DNA from: an uncultured Candidatus Poseidoniales archaeon
GTDB lineage: Archaea > Thermoplasmatota > Poseidoniia > Poseidoniales > Thalassarchaeaceae
Assembly (NCBI GenBank): GCA_963934165.1
Contig: CAWVXH010000005.1
Location: forward strand, 8,910 to 72,909
DNA: 64,000 nucleotides
Reading direction: 5' to 3'
Below the pieces are notes generated by a model. The model was given only the letters and a program-made list of their open reading frames with translations. It did not search any database and had not been told where the DNA came from. Below are positions 45,230-57,282 of this stretch, in pieces. The position numbers and the translations under genes were made by a program. The first letter of the stretch is position 1. Every line of letters begins with the position of its first letter.

Positions 45230-47118
45230 TCTTCATCTGAATCGACGACTTCAAAGTCTGCCTCGACGACACCGTCGTCACCAGCTTCCTCTCCGCCTTC
45301 AGCGCTTTCATTCTCTGCCATTTCAGCAGCAGCTGCTTCGTAGAGTTTTGATGAAAGAGCATGCATTAATTCTTCGAGTTCCTTTATTCGGGCCTGAATT
45401 CCAGCCTCATCCAAATCTTCGTCTGCAACCTGAACCTCGTCACGAATAATCATCGATTCAAGTTCCTTCAATTTGTCCATAACCGGATCGATGACATCTT
45501 CAGATAACTTGTCCTTAGTTTCCTCAATAGTTCGGCGGGTTTGGTAAACAATACTATCTGCAGTGTTGCGAAGTTCGACACGAGCCTTTCTACGCTTGTC
45601 ATCTTCTGCGAAGTTTTCTGCATCTGCAATTTTTTGCTTAACATCATCTTCACTGAGAGAAGATTGGCCCTCAATCTTGATCGATTGCTCGGTTCCAGTT
45701 CCTAAATCCTTAGCGGAAACACTGACAATTCCATTTGCATCGATATCGAAAGTTACCTCGATTTGAGGTAATCCACGAGGGGCAGGGGGGATTCCCATCA
45801 AGTGGAATCGGCCGAGCGTGATATTATCATTTGCGAACTCACGCTCGCCTTGTAAGACGTGAACTTCGACCGCTGGTTGATTATCTGACGCCGTCGAAAA
45901 CGTTTCTGAGCGGCGTGACGGGATCGTTGTATTGCGCTCAATCATCGTCGTCATAATACCGCCGAGTGTCTCGATCCCGAGAGTTAGTGGAGTAACATCG
46001 AGAAGCAGAACATCAGTTACACCTTCATCACCGATGATGATTCCAGCTTGTAGAGCAGCTCCAACAGCAACTGCTTCATCAGGATTAATTCCCTTGAATG
46101 GAGCCTTGCCAACTTCTTTTTCGATTGCTTCTTGAACAGCAGGTACACGAGTTGAACCACCGACTAGGAGAACCTTGTCGACACCACCCTTACCAAGACC
46201 TGAATCCTTCATTGCCTGGCGAGTTGGACTCATCGTGCGTTCTACTAATTCAGAAATCAAATCTTCAAATTTTGCTCTTGAAAGAGATAAATCCAGATGC
46301 TCAGGTTGCCCATCGACCATAGTGATAAATGGAAGATTAATCTGAGAGGTATTTGTTCCTGATAATTCGATTTTTGCTTTTTCAGCTGCCTCTCGAAGGC
46401 GGCTCATCGCTTGCAAGTCCTTCGATAAATCGATTCCGGATGACTTCTTGAATTCAGCGAGAATCCAATCGACTACAACTGCATCGAAGTCATCACCACC
46501 AAGGCGATTATCACCGCTAGTAGCCTTGACTTCAATCTGTGGCTGACCATCAACTTGGTAAATCTCAAGAATGGAAACATCGAATGTTCCACCGCCGAGA
46601 TCGAAGACAAGAATCGTTTGATCATCGTCCTTGTCGACCCCGTATGCAAGCGCAGCGGCGGTCGGCTCGTTAATGATGCGAAGAACTTCTAATCCAGCGA
46701 TGCGCCCAGCATCTTGAGTCGCTTTTCGCTGTGCATCGCTGAAGTAAGCCGGACAAGTAATGACAGCTTGCTTGACTTCTTGCCCGAGGTACGCCTCAGC
46801 ATCCACCTTCAACTTCTGTAAAATAAATGCAGAAACCTCTTGAGGCGTGTAATTCTTTTTGTCAATTTTTTGGGTCCAATCTGTCCCCATTTCTCTCTTG
46901 ACAGAAAGAATCGTTCTAGCTGAATTCGTCACGGCTTGACGCTTCGCAGTCACACCGACTAATCGCTCTCCATCCTTTGTAAAAGCAACCACGGACGGGG
47001 TCGTACGCGAACCCTCCGAGTTAGCGATGACCACTGCTTTGCCACCTTCTAGTGTTGCTACGCAGCTATTTGTTGTTCCAAGATCTATTCCAATTACTGG
47101 TGCACTCATATTTTTCAT
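45226..47118 (-). CDS. dnaK: molecular chaperone DnaK (Hsp70)
   Basis: 630 aa. Motifs [18 protein letters not shown] and [16 protein letters not shown] 47109 ([11 protein letters not shown]) with AAGGAG 9 nt upstream is probably the true start. Confidence 0.95.
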   Translation of the reverse strand: MKNMSAPVIGIDLGTTNSCVATLEGGKAVVIANSEGSRTTPSVVAFTKDGERLVGVTAKRQAVTNSARTILSVKREMGTDWTQKIDKKNYTPQEVSAFILQKLKVDAEAYLGQEVKQAVITCPAYFSDAQRKATQDAGRIAGLEVLRIINEPTAAALAYGVDKDDDQTILVFDLGGGTFDVSILEIYQVDGQPQIEVKATSGDNRLGGDDFDAVVVDWILAEFKKSSGIDLSKDLQAMSRLREAAEKAKIELSGTNTSQINLPFITMVDGQPEHLDLSLSRAKFEDLISELVERTMSPTRQAMKDSGLGKGGVDKVLLVGGSTRVPAVQEAIEKEVGKAPFKGINPDEAVAVGAALQAGIIIGDEGVTDVLLLDVTPLTLGIETLGGIMTTMIERNTTIPSRRSETFSTASDNQPAVEVHVLQGEREFANDNITLGRFHLMGIPPAPRGLPQIEVTFDIDANGIVSVSAKDLGTGTEQSIKIEGQSSLSEDDVKQKIADAENFAEDDKRRKARVELRNTADSIVYQTRRTIEETKDKLSEDVIDPVMDKLKELESMIIRDEVQVADEDLDEAGIQARIKELEELMHALSSKLYEAAAAEMAENESAEGGEEAGDDGVVEADFEVVDSDEE

Positions 47119-47132
47119 CTCCTTATTTTCTC

Positions 47133-47741
47133 TTACTCATTTCCGAGTTCGAATGTGATATCGAGAATACCGTTATTTAGGCCCCACTCGACTATTTTTG
47201 ACGCTTTTTGTGGCAAATCAAATCGCCTAAATGGACGAAGTTGCATCTTCTTCATCAATTGAACAACGGTACCACCATCACTCAAATTTAATTCTAATTC
47301 AGATTGTTTCAATCCTTCTTGACGGCTTACATCAATAGTAACATACATTCTGTTTTCATGGACATAAATATCATCGCAAGGAAGTAATATATCTTCATCT
47401 TCTTCCTCGGCTTCTGCTTCGACAACATTTACTTCTTTGTCGACTTTAATATCAATCCCCATGTTTTTGAATAAATTCGCAAATCCATCGGGACCATTCA
47501 TCATCGTTTCCATTTGTTTGCGTAATTCTTCAGGGTCGCTGTTCACATCGACCCGCATCTCCGTATTAGCGAGTTTTTCAGGATCAATTCCCATTTTCTC
47601 AAACTGCCCACGAATCTGTTCCATCATTTGTTGGAGCAGCTTAACATCGATTGGCATACCCATATCGCTGAACATTTTGGCCATTTCCTCTAGGATTTGC
47701 TCCTCCCAATCATCGCTGCCAGATTCAGTCATTTTCACCAC
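47133..47741 (-). CDS. Hsp20/alpha-crystallin-domain small heat-shock protein with a Met/Glu-rich N-terminal region
   Basis: 202 aa. The C-terminal roughly 85 aa, [52 protein letters not shown], fit the ACD pattern. It is not GrpE-like. Confidence 0.55.
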   Translation of the reverse strand: MVKMTESGSDDWEEQILEEMAKMFSDMGMPIDVKLLQQMMEQIRGQFEKMGIDPEKLANTEMRVDVNSDPEELRKQMETMMNGPDGFANLFKNMGIDIKVDKEVNVVEAEAEEEDEDILLPCDDIYVHENRMYVTIDVSRQEGLKQSELELNLSDGGTVVQLMKKMQLRPFRRFDLPQKASKIVEWGLNNGILDITFELGNE

Positions 47742-47934
47742 TACTCAACTTGAGGTTGTATAGACGGAGCCGGCGGGCATATATGAACTTCACGGAATCT
47801 AGAATTCTAAATTTGTATTACTTAGTGGTCCGATTTTACAATTTATTGAAGTCTTAAATTGAAAAAATAAATGACATCGGATGAAATTTGATGATGAACG
47901 GTTTCAAATCATGCGGGTCGGTCGGCGAGTTTGC

Positions 47935-49545
47935 ATGAGTGAAGCCGACCACGATGTGGCTTTGGAAGACACCGATCGCGTTCAGGGGCGTACAGCGTTA
48001 GTTCGAAACGTTGCTGCCGCGGTCGCATTATCCGGCGCGGTCAGATCAACACTCGGTCCGCGCGGAATGGATAAAATGCTTGTCGACGATTCGGGAGAAG
48101 TCCTTGTTACTAATGATGGTGTGACGGTTTTAGAGACTGCAAAGGTCGAACATCCAACTGCTAATTTGTTGATTGCTGCATCTAGCGCACAGGATAGGGA
48201 TGCTCGAGATGGAACGACCACAACAGTAATTTTAATGGCAGAGATGCTACAAAACGCACTCGAATTGGTCCGAACAGGAGTTCACCCTACAATAATCGCA
48301 AATGGTTTTCAAATCGCTAATGAAGAGGCGCTTACTGAATTGGATAGATTGGCTCGTGCTCCAAAAAATGATGCTGAACACCGTGCGGTAGTCTCGACTT
48401 CTTTAGCTGGAAAAATCGATACTAAATTAGTTCAACACTTGACTGATTTAGCACTTGAAGCAGCAGCAACTCTGATTGGTGAAGATGGTGGTGAAGACCT
48501 TGAGAGATTGCGTATCAAGAGGTTACAAATCTCAGATGGAGTTGCATTAGAAAGTGAATTAATCCCTGGCCTATTCATCGCAAAAACTCGAACTGACACC
48601 TCTTCGGCTGCAGAGAGTGAAGGTGGAAAAATTGCTATCATCGATGGGCCGCTCGAGGTTGCGAAACTCGAATTTGATGCACATATCGAGGTTCACAGCA
48701 CTGGCGTCTTACGTGGATTCCACGAACGGGACGAAGAAAATCTTCGAACGATGGTTGACCAACTCTCTGAATTAGATATCGAATTACTCGTCGTTCGAGA
48801 TGGTATCGCAGACGAGGCGATACCAATGTTAACAGCGGCAGGAATTACCGCTTATCGCCGTTTTGAGCGAGAGGATTTAGAGCGGCTTGCTCGAATGACT
48901 GGAGCAAGGTTGGTTCGCGATACAAAGCGTATGACTATGGGTGATGTTGGCATCTATACAAAACGAAGTGAGAGAGTCATTGGAGGTGCCAAATACACAC
49001 GAATTGAAGCCGATAAAGGAGGAGCGATGACCGTCCTCTTGAAAGGTACATCTCCCGAACTTCGGGAAGAGGTTAGTAGAGCATTTGACGATGCACTAGG
49101 TGTTGCTCACCGGCTCAATCTAAATCCAAGCATACTACCTGGAGGTGGAGCAACACAAACCCATCTCGCAAGACACCTTCGATCTTTTGCAACAACACAA
49201 TCTGGCCGCGAACAAATGGCGATTGAAGCTTTCGCGGCCGCATTAGAAATCGTTCCTCGAACTCTCGCGCAAAATGCTGGACGAAATCCGATCGACGAAA
49301 TTCTTGCACTTTCAGCAGCCCAAGCAAATGACCAAGACAACGGTGCTTGGATAGGTATTGACGGGATCAAAGGAGTTGTTACAAGGATGGATAAAATAGG
49401 TATTATTGACCCATTATTCGTCGTAAGTCATGCAATTTCTGGTGCGACAACAGCAGCGATCTCAGTTCTCAGAATCGATGATGTTCTTTGGGCAAAACAG
49501 GGCCCACAAACACCAGATTGGTCGGATCAGATTGAAGATAATTGA
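47935..49545 (+). CDS. ths: thermosome subunit (group II chaperonin)
   Basis: Motifs TLGPRGMDKMLVD, TNDGVTVLE, DGTTTTVILMAEML and GGGATQ. The track ORF starts at 47881; ATG 47935 fits the family N-terminus. Confidence 0.92.
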   Translation: MSEADHDVALEDTDRVQGRTALVRNVAAAVALSGAVRSTLGPRGMDKMLVDDSGEVLVTNDGVTVLETAKVEHPTANLLIAASSAQDRDARDGTTTTVILMAEMLQNALELVRTGVHPTIIANGFQIANEEALTELDRLARAPKNDAEHRAVVSTSLAGKIDTKLVQHLTDLALEAAATLIGEDGGEDLERLRIKRLQISDGVALESELIPGLFIAKTRTDTSSAAESEGGKIAIIDGPLEVAKLEFDAHIEVHSTGVLRGFHERDEENLRTMVDQLSELDIELLVVRDGIADEAIPMLTAAGITAYRRFEREDLERLARMTGARLVRDTKRMTMGDVGIYTKRSERVIGGAKYTRIEADKGGAMTVLLKGTSPELREEVSRAFDDALGVAHRLNLNPSILPGGGATQTHLARHLRSFATTQSGREQMAIEAFAAALEIVPRTLAQNAGRNPIDEILALSAAQANDQDNGAWIGIDGIKGVVTRMDKIGIIDPLFVVSHAISGATTAAISVLRIDDVLWAKQGPQTPDWSDQIEDN

Positions 49546-50489
49546 AGGCCAGCAATCATCGCATCGCAGAGTGCATCGAGGTCATACTCGGCTTGCCAAC
49601 CCCAATCTAGTCTCGACGACTCATCGTCAATTGAATCAGGCCAAGAGTCGGCATATTCCTGCCGAACATCCGGTTTGAAGTCACAAGAAAAATTGGGAAC
49701 TCGGGCTGCCACGGCATCGGCTAACTCGGCAGCAGTGAACGAAATACCTGCAATATTGTATCCCACCCGGGATTCGCCAAGACTCTCTGCGGGTGCATCC
49801 ATGAGTGAAATCGTCGCGCGTATCGCATCATCCATGTACATCATTGGAAGACGTGTATCCGCGCGAACAAAACAGTCGTAGTGTCCATTCGCGAGAGCCT
49901 TGTGGAAGATGTCAACGGCGTAGTCAGTCGTGCCACCACCAGCCGGGGCCTTGTAGGAAATCAAACCAGGATAACGAATCCCACGCACATCAATTCCATA
50001 TTGATTCCAGTAATTTCTTGCCAATATCTCTCCAGTCACTTTTGTACGTCCATAAACGGTCGTCGGGTTCAATGGCGTAACCTGTGGTGCATGATTTGGA
50101 GAATCTGGACCAAACACGGCAATCGAAGATGGTGTGTAGACACGCAGAGAATGCTTTCGAGCGGCCTCAAGAACTGTAATCAGACCCCCCACATTAACCC
50201 TCTCGGCCAACTCCGGCAATTTCTCAGCAGTCGCGCTCAAAATTGCCGCAAGATGGTAAACCAATCCGATGTCTTCCTCAACGATTACAGTATCGAAGGC
50301 ATCGGCATCAATCACACTCAGATGTCGATAATGGCCACCGATAACCACTGGATGATCGGGTATATCACGGACATCACTAGCGACTACCGCATCTATCCCG
50401 AATCGAGCGCGTAGCGCCTCTACTAATTCCGTGCCAATCTGCCCTAAGGCACCAGTAACCAAGATTCGGTTCCCAGTAGTAGCCTCCAT
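49527..50489 (-). CDS. tdh: NAD-dependent epimerase/dehydratase-fold enzyme, L-threonine 3-dehydrogenase-like
   Basis: ILVTGALGQIGTELVEALR is the SDR-type TDH-like N-terminus; YGRTK provides the YxxxK motif. The upstream ORF extension to 50600 looks non-coding. The 3' end overlaps the thermosome 3' end by 19 nt. Confidence 0.7.
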   Translation of the reverse strand: MEATTGNRILVTGALGQIGTELVEALRARFGIDAVVASDVRDIPDHPVVIGGHYRHLSVIDADAFDTVIVEEDIGLVYHLAAILSATAEKLPELAERVNVGGLITVLEAARKHSLRVYTPSSIAVFGPDSPNHAPQVTPLNPTTVYGRTKVTGEILARNYWNQYGIDVRGIRYPGLISYKAPAGGGTTDYAVDIFHKALANGHYDCFVRADTRLPMMYMDDAIRATISLMDAPAESLGESRVGYNIAGISFTAAELADAVAARVPNFSCDFKPDVRQEYADSWPDSIDDESSRLDWGWQAEYDLDALCDAMIAGLQLSSI

Positions 50490-50582
50490 CGTGCCCCCGG
50501 AAGTCAGGCGACACTTAGAGTTGTGAGAGATTTTGTTCAAAGTTTGAAGTGAAGTTGACGAATTGAGCCATATTTTTACTGA

Positions 50583-52283
<1,701 letters not shown>

Positions 52284-52286
52284 ACA

Positions 52287-53426
52287 TTAGTCGACTGCGA
52301 TTGGAAGAACCCTAGTCGTCCTAAATCCTTGTAATACCTTCAAATAGCGTTTCTCAGCAAACTCTGCATCGAGCTCATCATCACCAGTTTCGATTCGCAA
52401 TCGCCGCACAGTCAACAACTTCGCCGGTGTACAAACACCCAGCACATTTTCAATTCCAACAGCGCGAAGCACAGCAGGAGAAAGTTGTAGATTACCCCGT
52501 CCGATAAGGAATCCCTGCCCACCCATAGGGGAGAGTAGAAGAGTTACCGGCCCATCGTGTCCGGCAAGCAACTCGAGCAGATCGGATTCATTCAGATCTG
52601 TCCCGACCTGCTCGTCGCCGACGCTGGCATCGATTCCAAGCAGAGTTGGCGATAATCCCACAATATTTCCAATCGTCCGCAGCGTTCCACCCGAACCCCA
52701 GATTAGCAGTCGTCCTTCATCCATGAGCAGTTCGCGAATGTGGTCAGCAAGCCCTTCGATAACCTCCTCTTCACCCGCAGTTTCGACGCGTTGTTTTGCC
52801 CCCTGCATCCACCGCGGACTAGCCGGAGTCATCGCCTCAGCGTAGAGTCGAACGACCCACTTGCCCTGCCGATAAACCTCCTCGTCCAAATCCAAAACCT
52901 CAGTACTCGCCACCAACAATTCTCCACTCAACCAAGCAGAGAGCACCTCTGCCGCCGCCTTGGGAGAGGCGGCAAAACATCCTGAATGCATCTTGACTCC
53001 GCACGGCACACCGATGATTGGTAAGTCTGAGCGGTCAGCAGTAGCCAAAGCCGCAACAATATCGCGTGTGGTGCCGTCGCCACCAGCGTAAACTAACAGA
53101 TCGATACCTGATTCAACCAGTTGTGCAACTAGACCAGCGGTGTCTTCAGCTGTTGTCAAGCCAGAAGAAGTGTGAACTGTTGAGACATCACCAATTTCAG
53201 AATCTATCCATTCACTTCCCATGCGCCCGCTAGAAGTCACCCATTCAAGTGTAGAAAAATCTGAATGTAATCGATGAAAGTGAGCCAAAGCATCGCGGAC
53301 TCGCGGACCAGCGCGGTCTTCTGCACCTTGTGAGCGAGCGTATTCGGCTTGTCCGTCCGAGCCTTTCAGACCAAGCCGGCCGCCCAAGCCAGCATCGGGA
53401 TTGACCAGCAAGCCGAGGCGAGGCAT
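52287..53426 (-). CDS. ATP-NAD kinase-like protein (COG3199-type)
   Basis: 379 aa. LVYAGGDGTTRDIV (GGDGT motif) and an N-terminal GLLVNPDAGLGGR. Confidence 0.6.
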   Translation of the reverse strand: MPRLGLLVNPDAGLGGRLGLKGSDGQAEYARSQGAEDRAGPRVRDALAHFHRLHSDFSTLEWVTSSGRMGSEWIDSEIGDVSTVHTSSGLTTAEDTAGLVAQLVESGIDLLVYAGGDGTTRDIVAALATADRSDLPIIGVPCGVKMHSGCFAASPKAAAEVLSAWLSGELLVASTEVLDLDEEVYRQGKWVVRLYAEAMTPASPRWMQGAKQRVETAGEEEVIEGLADHIRELLMDEGRLLIWGSGGTLRTIGNIVGLSPTLLGIDASVGDEQVGTDLNESDLLELLAGHDGPVTLLLSPMGGQGFLIGRGNLQLSPAVLRAVGIENVLGVCTPAKLLTVRRLRIETGDDELDAEFAEKRYLKVLQGFRTTRVLPIAVD

Positions 53427-53479
53427 GTTCGTCGGACTAGGCGCGTGTTAATATCACCACAGCCTGCCACCACACCCTC

Positions 53480-54391
53480 ATGCGAATCGTAGTGGCACTC
53501 GGTGGCAACGCACTGCTTCGCCGCGGTCAGCCGTTAACCGCAGAGAACCAGCGCGATAACGTACGTATCGCTGCCCGAGCGCTGGCACCTATAGCAACCG
53601 ATAATCAACTCGTGATCTCGCACGGCAATGGACCACAAGTTGGACTACTCGCATTGCAATCGGAAGCTTATGAAGAGGTGGAAGCCTACCCATTGGATGT
53701 CCTTGGAGCCCAGACAGAGGGGATGATTGGGTATATGATTGAGCAAGAGCTAGGAAATCTATTGCCAATAACCGTTCCATTCGCTACAATTCTAACGATG
53801 GTGGAGGTTGACCCAGAAGACCCAGCATTCGATAACCCAAGCAAGCCAATCGGCCCGATTTACACGCAGGAGAGAGCGGCGGAATTAGCCCGCCAAAAAG
53901 GTTGGACTGTGAAGCCTGATGGCGAACATTGGCGACGTGTCGTACCCTCACCCGAACCACACCGAATCTTCGAAATGCGCCCTATCCACTGGCTCCTCGA
54001 GAAGAACACAATCGTCATCTGCGCCGGTGGAGGAGGAATCCCTACAGCCTATGATGAGGACAGAAATCTACGGGGGGTTGAAGTGGTAATCGATAAGGAT
54101 CGAGCAAGTGCTTTGCTCGCCTTTGAGTTGGATGCTGATTTGTTGATTTTGGCGACTGATACTGATGGCGTCTATCTAAATTGGGGGACTGATGATGCGA
54201 AGAAAATTGAGCAGTTCACGCCTGAAGAAATCGAGCATTATGAGTTTGATTCGGGCTCGATGGGGCCGAAGGTCGAGGCTGCTGCAAACTTTGTGCGCCG
54301 AACCGGGCAGCGTGCTGTTATTGGAGCACTAGCCGACTTGGAAGCAATGGTTGCAGGTAAAGCCGGAACACAGTTCGTTCTTGAAAAATAG
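53480..54391 (+). CDS. arcC: carbamate kinase
   Basis: 303 aa. Motifs [34 protein letters not shown] and VIDKD. Confidence 0.88.
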   Translation: MRIVVALGGNALLRRGQPLTAENQRDNVRIAARALAPIATDNQLVISHGNGPQVGLLALQSEAYEEVEAYPLDVLGAQTEGMIGYMIEQELGNLLPITVPFATILTMVEVDPEDPAFDNPSKPIGPIYTQERAAELARQKGWTVKPDGEHWRRVVPSPEPHRIFEMRPIHWLLEKNTIVICAGGGGIPTAYDEDRNLRGVEVVIDKDRASALLAFELDADLLILATDTDGVYLNWGTDDAKKIEQFTPEEIEHYEFDSGSMGPKVEAAANFVRRTGQRAVIGALADLEAMVAGKAGTQFVLEK

Positions 54392-54465
54392 ACGCTTTGG
54401 GACTGAATAATTCCCCAAGGGCTTGATATTAGATGTACTCCGCGAAAGCGTTGAGGGTAGCGTAG

Positions 54466-56427
54466 ATGTCGATGATATCTGTTGAAATTGGTTCTGATGA
54501 GCCGCATGAGTACGCCTACGGCATCAGCGTTGGCGAAGTAATCCTCAATGTCCATGGCAAGCGCTCTGGTACTGTCGCAGCCCTCGTAGACGGGATCGAG
54601 AGGGACTTCTCCTACGAATTAGAAACTGATTGCAGTGTCGAGCCAATTCTTGGCGATTCGGATGCTGGACTCTACATCCTGCGCCACTCATGCGCTCACC
54701 TTCTAGCACAAGCGGTTACTGAATTATTTCCTGATGCAAAACCAACAATAGGCCCTCCAATCGATCATGGCTTCTACTACGATTTCTACATGGACCCGAT
54801 TGGCGATGAAGAATTGCGAGTCGTCGAGAAGAAGATGAATGAGCACATTCGAGCTAACCACAAAATCGTCCGCGAAGAATTCGACAATGCTGGCCTTCGT
54901 GAAATAATTGCAGACAATAAATTCAAACTCGAAATCATGGATGAGAAAATCGGTGATGAAGTTGGCTCCTCAGCCTATCGGCAAGGTGACTTCATCGATA
55001 TGTGCAGAGGACCTCACGCCCCATCCACCTCACACCTGCGTTTCTTCAAATTGACCAGCACCAGCCAAGCTTATTGGCGCGCAGATAGCAAGCGCGAGCC
55101 GCTAACCAGAATCTATGGTATGTGCTATGCGACCAAAGAAGGACTCAAGGCTCGCCAGCAACAAATTCAGGAAGCTAGCAAGCGTGACCACAAGAAGATT
55201 GGAAAGGAGATGGAACTCTACATGATTGACGAATTGATCGGAAAGGGATTACCTGTCTGGCTTCCAAATGGAGAGATTCTCAAATCTGAAATTCAGCGCT
55301 TTGCGGTCGAGACCGAAGAGACTTACGGCTACGATCGCGTCACTACTCCGGTGCTCGCAAAGCAGCAACTCTTCGAGTGTAGCGGTCACCTTCCCCACTA
55401 TGCGGATGGTATGTATCCACCAATGGAGATGGACGATGGCACGTATTATCTGAAAGCAATGAACTGCCCGATGCACCACTTGGTTTTCCGAAATAAGAAG
55501 CGAAGTTATCGAGATTTACCGATTCGAATCGCAGAATATGGCACTGTTTACCGCAACGAACTTTCTGGCACTTTGACTGGACTGCTCCGCGTTCGTATGC
55601 TTTCGATGAATGATGCGCACATCTACTGTACACTCGACCAGGTCGCATCTGAATTCGCTGACAATATTCGAATGGTTCAGGATTACTATGCGACATTCGG
55701 CTTTACCAATTATCACTTCCGATTGTCACTTTGGGATCCTGAAAATACTGATAAATACATTGGTCAACACGAGACATGGGAATCGACTCAGAATCATTTG
55801 AGGAAAATTCTAGATGATTTGGGCGTTGATTATGTTGAAGCCGTTGGTGAAGCAGCTTTCTATGGGCCGAAGATAGATATTCAATTCACAACCGCTCTCG
55901 GGCGCGAAGAATCGATGTCGACGATTCAATTGGATTTCGCTGCTAAAGATCGCTTCGAGTTGAGTTACAAGGATGAAAACGGAGATGAAAATGGTGAGGT
56001 TTTCGTCATTCATCGCGCCCCTCTTTCGACTCATGAGAGATTTGTGGCTTTCCTGACTGAACATTGGATTGGAAATTTCCCAACATGGTTGTCTCCAATT
56101 CAAGTTCAGGTGATTACTATTTCAGAGAAGCACAAAAAATATGCTGCTGAGGTTGGTTCTGCTCTGAAGGCTGCTGGGGTTCGTGTGAAAGTCGATGATT
56201 CGGACGCAACGATTGGAAAGAAGATCCGTATGCATCGCAAGATGCGCCCAGCTTACATGGTGATTCTGGGTGATGAGGAAGTGACAGGTTCTACTGTTTC
56301 AATTAGGGCGAGGAATGGAGACCAATGCAAGGGTGTTGCTCTCAACGACTTTATTTCACAAATTTCTAAAGAAATCTCTAACCGTTCGGGTGAGTTAGCG
56401 CTTGTCCCGGGCGAAACATCTGATTGA
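54466..56427 (+). CDS. thrS: threonyl-tRNA synthetase with a bacterial/eukaryal-type N-terminal TGS plus editing (tRNA_SAD) domain
   Basis: 653 aa. TGS-like N-terminus, HSCAHLLAQAV and CRGPH (editing-site Zn motifs), class II core (YRNELSG, FYGPKID, HRAPLSTHERF), and an anticodon-binding C-terminus. Confidence 0.93.
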   Translation: MSMISVEIGSDEPHEYAYGISVGEVILNVHGKRSGTVAALVDGIERDFSYELETDCSVEPILGDSDAGLYILRHSCAHLLAQAVTELFPDAKPTIGPPIDHGFYYDFYMDPIGDEELRVVEKKMNEHIRANHKIVREEFDNAGLREIIADNKFKLEIMDEKIGDEVGSSAYRQGDFIDMCRGPHAPSTSHLRFFKLTSTSQAYWRADSKREPLTRIYGMCYATKEGLKARQQQIQEASKRDHKKIGKEMELYMIDELIGKGLPVWLPNGEILKSEIQRFAVETEETYGYDRVTTPVLAKQQLFECSGHLPHYADGMYPPMEMDDGTYYLKAMNCPMHHLVFRNKKRSYRDLPIRIAEYGTVYRNELSGTLTGLLRVRMLSMNDAHIYCTLDQVASEFADNIRMVQDYYATFGFTNYHFRLSLWDPENTDKYIGQHETWESTQNHLRKILDDLGVDYVEAVGEAAFYGPKIDIQFTTALGREESMSTIQLDFAAKDRFELSYKDENGDENGEVFVIHRAPLSTHERFVAFLTEHWIGNFPTWLSPIQVQVITISEKHKKYAAEVGSALKAAGVRVKVDDSDATIGKKIRMHRKMRPAYMVILGDEEVTGSTVSIRARNGDQCKGVALNDFISQISKEISNRSGELALVPGETSD

Positions 56428-56436
56428 GGTGAAATC

Positions 56437-57282
56437 ATGGATGATACGAAGATGCAAATAGTCAACATAGCGGGTTACCAGTTTGTCGATTTGCCTGATC
56501 GTGATGAATTACGCAAGCCATTTCAAGTGAAATGCGAGGAACTAGGGCTGAAAGGCACGATTTTGCTCAGCCCGAATGGAGTCAACTTTTCCTTAGCGGG
56601 AACTCAAGAAATGATTGAGGAATATCTGCAGTTTTTAGAGGAAGATGAGAGATTCATCGGCATTCCCATACATATTTCTTACACTGATTATCAACCGTTC
56701 CGCCGAATGCTTGTTCGCCTCAAGAATGAGATAATCTCCCTTGGTATGGATGATGTTCGCCCGGTTAAAAATACTGGTAAATTCATCGAGCCAATGGAAT
56801 TCAAAGAATGGCTCGATGAAGGAAAAGAAGTTTTGATTCTCGACACGCGCAATGATTACGAATTGCGTGTCGGAACTTTCGATAATGCAATTGACTTAGA
56901 CATCAAATCTTTTCGAGATTTCCCTGCTGCAATCCGTGGCCTGTCCAAAGAGGACAAGAACAAGCCATTGGTAATGTTCTGTACGGGCGGAATCCGCTGT
57001 GAAAAGGCGAGTGTAGTCATGGAAAATGAGGGCTGGAATAATGTTTACCAAATCAAAGGCGGAATCCTTGGTTACTTCAAAGAAACCGGTGGTGCTCACT
57101 GGAATGGTGATTGTTTTGTCTTTGACCAGCGTGTTGCTTTGGACAAAAATTTGAAAGAAACCGACATCCAAATGTGCTTCGCCTGCCGTGAACCACTCGA
57201 TGAAAATGATCTGAATTCTGAAAATTATCTAATCGAAGAATTTTGTCCATATTGCATCGGAGCAAAGGAAATTACCATTTAA
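56437..57282 (+). CDS. trhO: rhodanese-domain protein of the UPF0176/TrhO family (tRNA U34 hydroxylase-like)
   Basis: 281 aa. IVNIAGYQFVDL N-terminus, FCTGGIRCEKAS rhodanese active-site loop, and a C-terminal CFAC..CPYC cluster. Confidence 0.78.
   Translation: MDDTKMQIVNIAGYQFVDLPDRDELRKPFQVKCEELGLKGTILLSPNGVNFSLAGTQEMIEEYLQFLEEDERFIGIPIHISYTDYQPFRRMLVRLKNEIISLGMDDVRPVKNTGKFIEPMEFKEWLDEGKEVLILDTRNDYELRVGTFDNAIDLDIKSFRDFPAAIRGLSKEDKNKPLVMFCTGGIRCEKASVVMENEGWNNVYQIKGGILGYFKETGGAHWNGDCFVFDQRVALDKNLKETDIQMCFACREPLDENDLNSENYLIEEFCPYCIGAKEITI

Noticed and set aside
47133-47741. GrpE, as expected upstream of dnaK
   Set aside because: There is no GrpE-like long helix or C-terminal beta-domain pattern. 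The C-terminal 85 aa fit an alpha-crystallin domain instead.
47795-47807. GAATCTAGAATTC palindrome between hsp20-dnaK and the thermosome gene as a heat-shock operator
   Set aside because: The arms are only 4 bp. A match this short is expected by chance in AT-rich DNA, and there is no second copy in the window.
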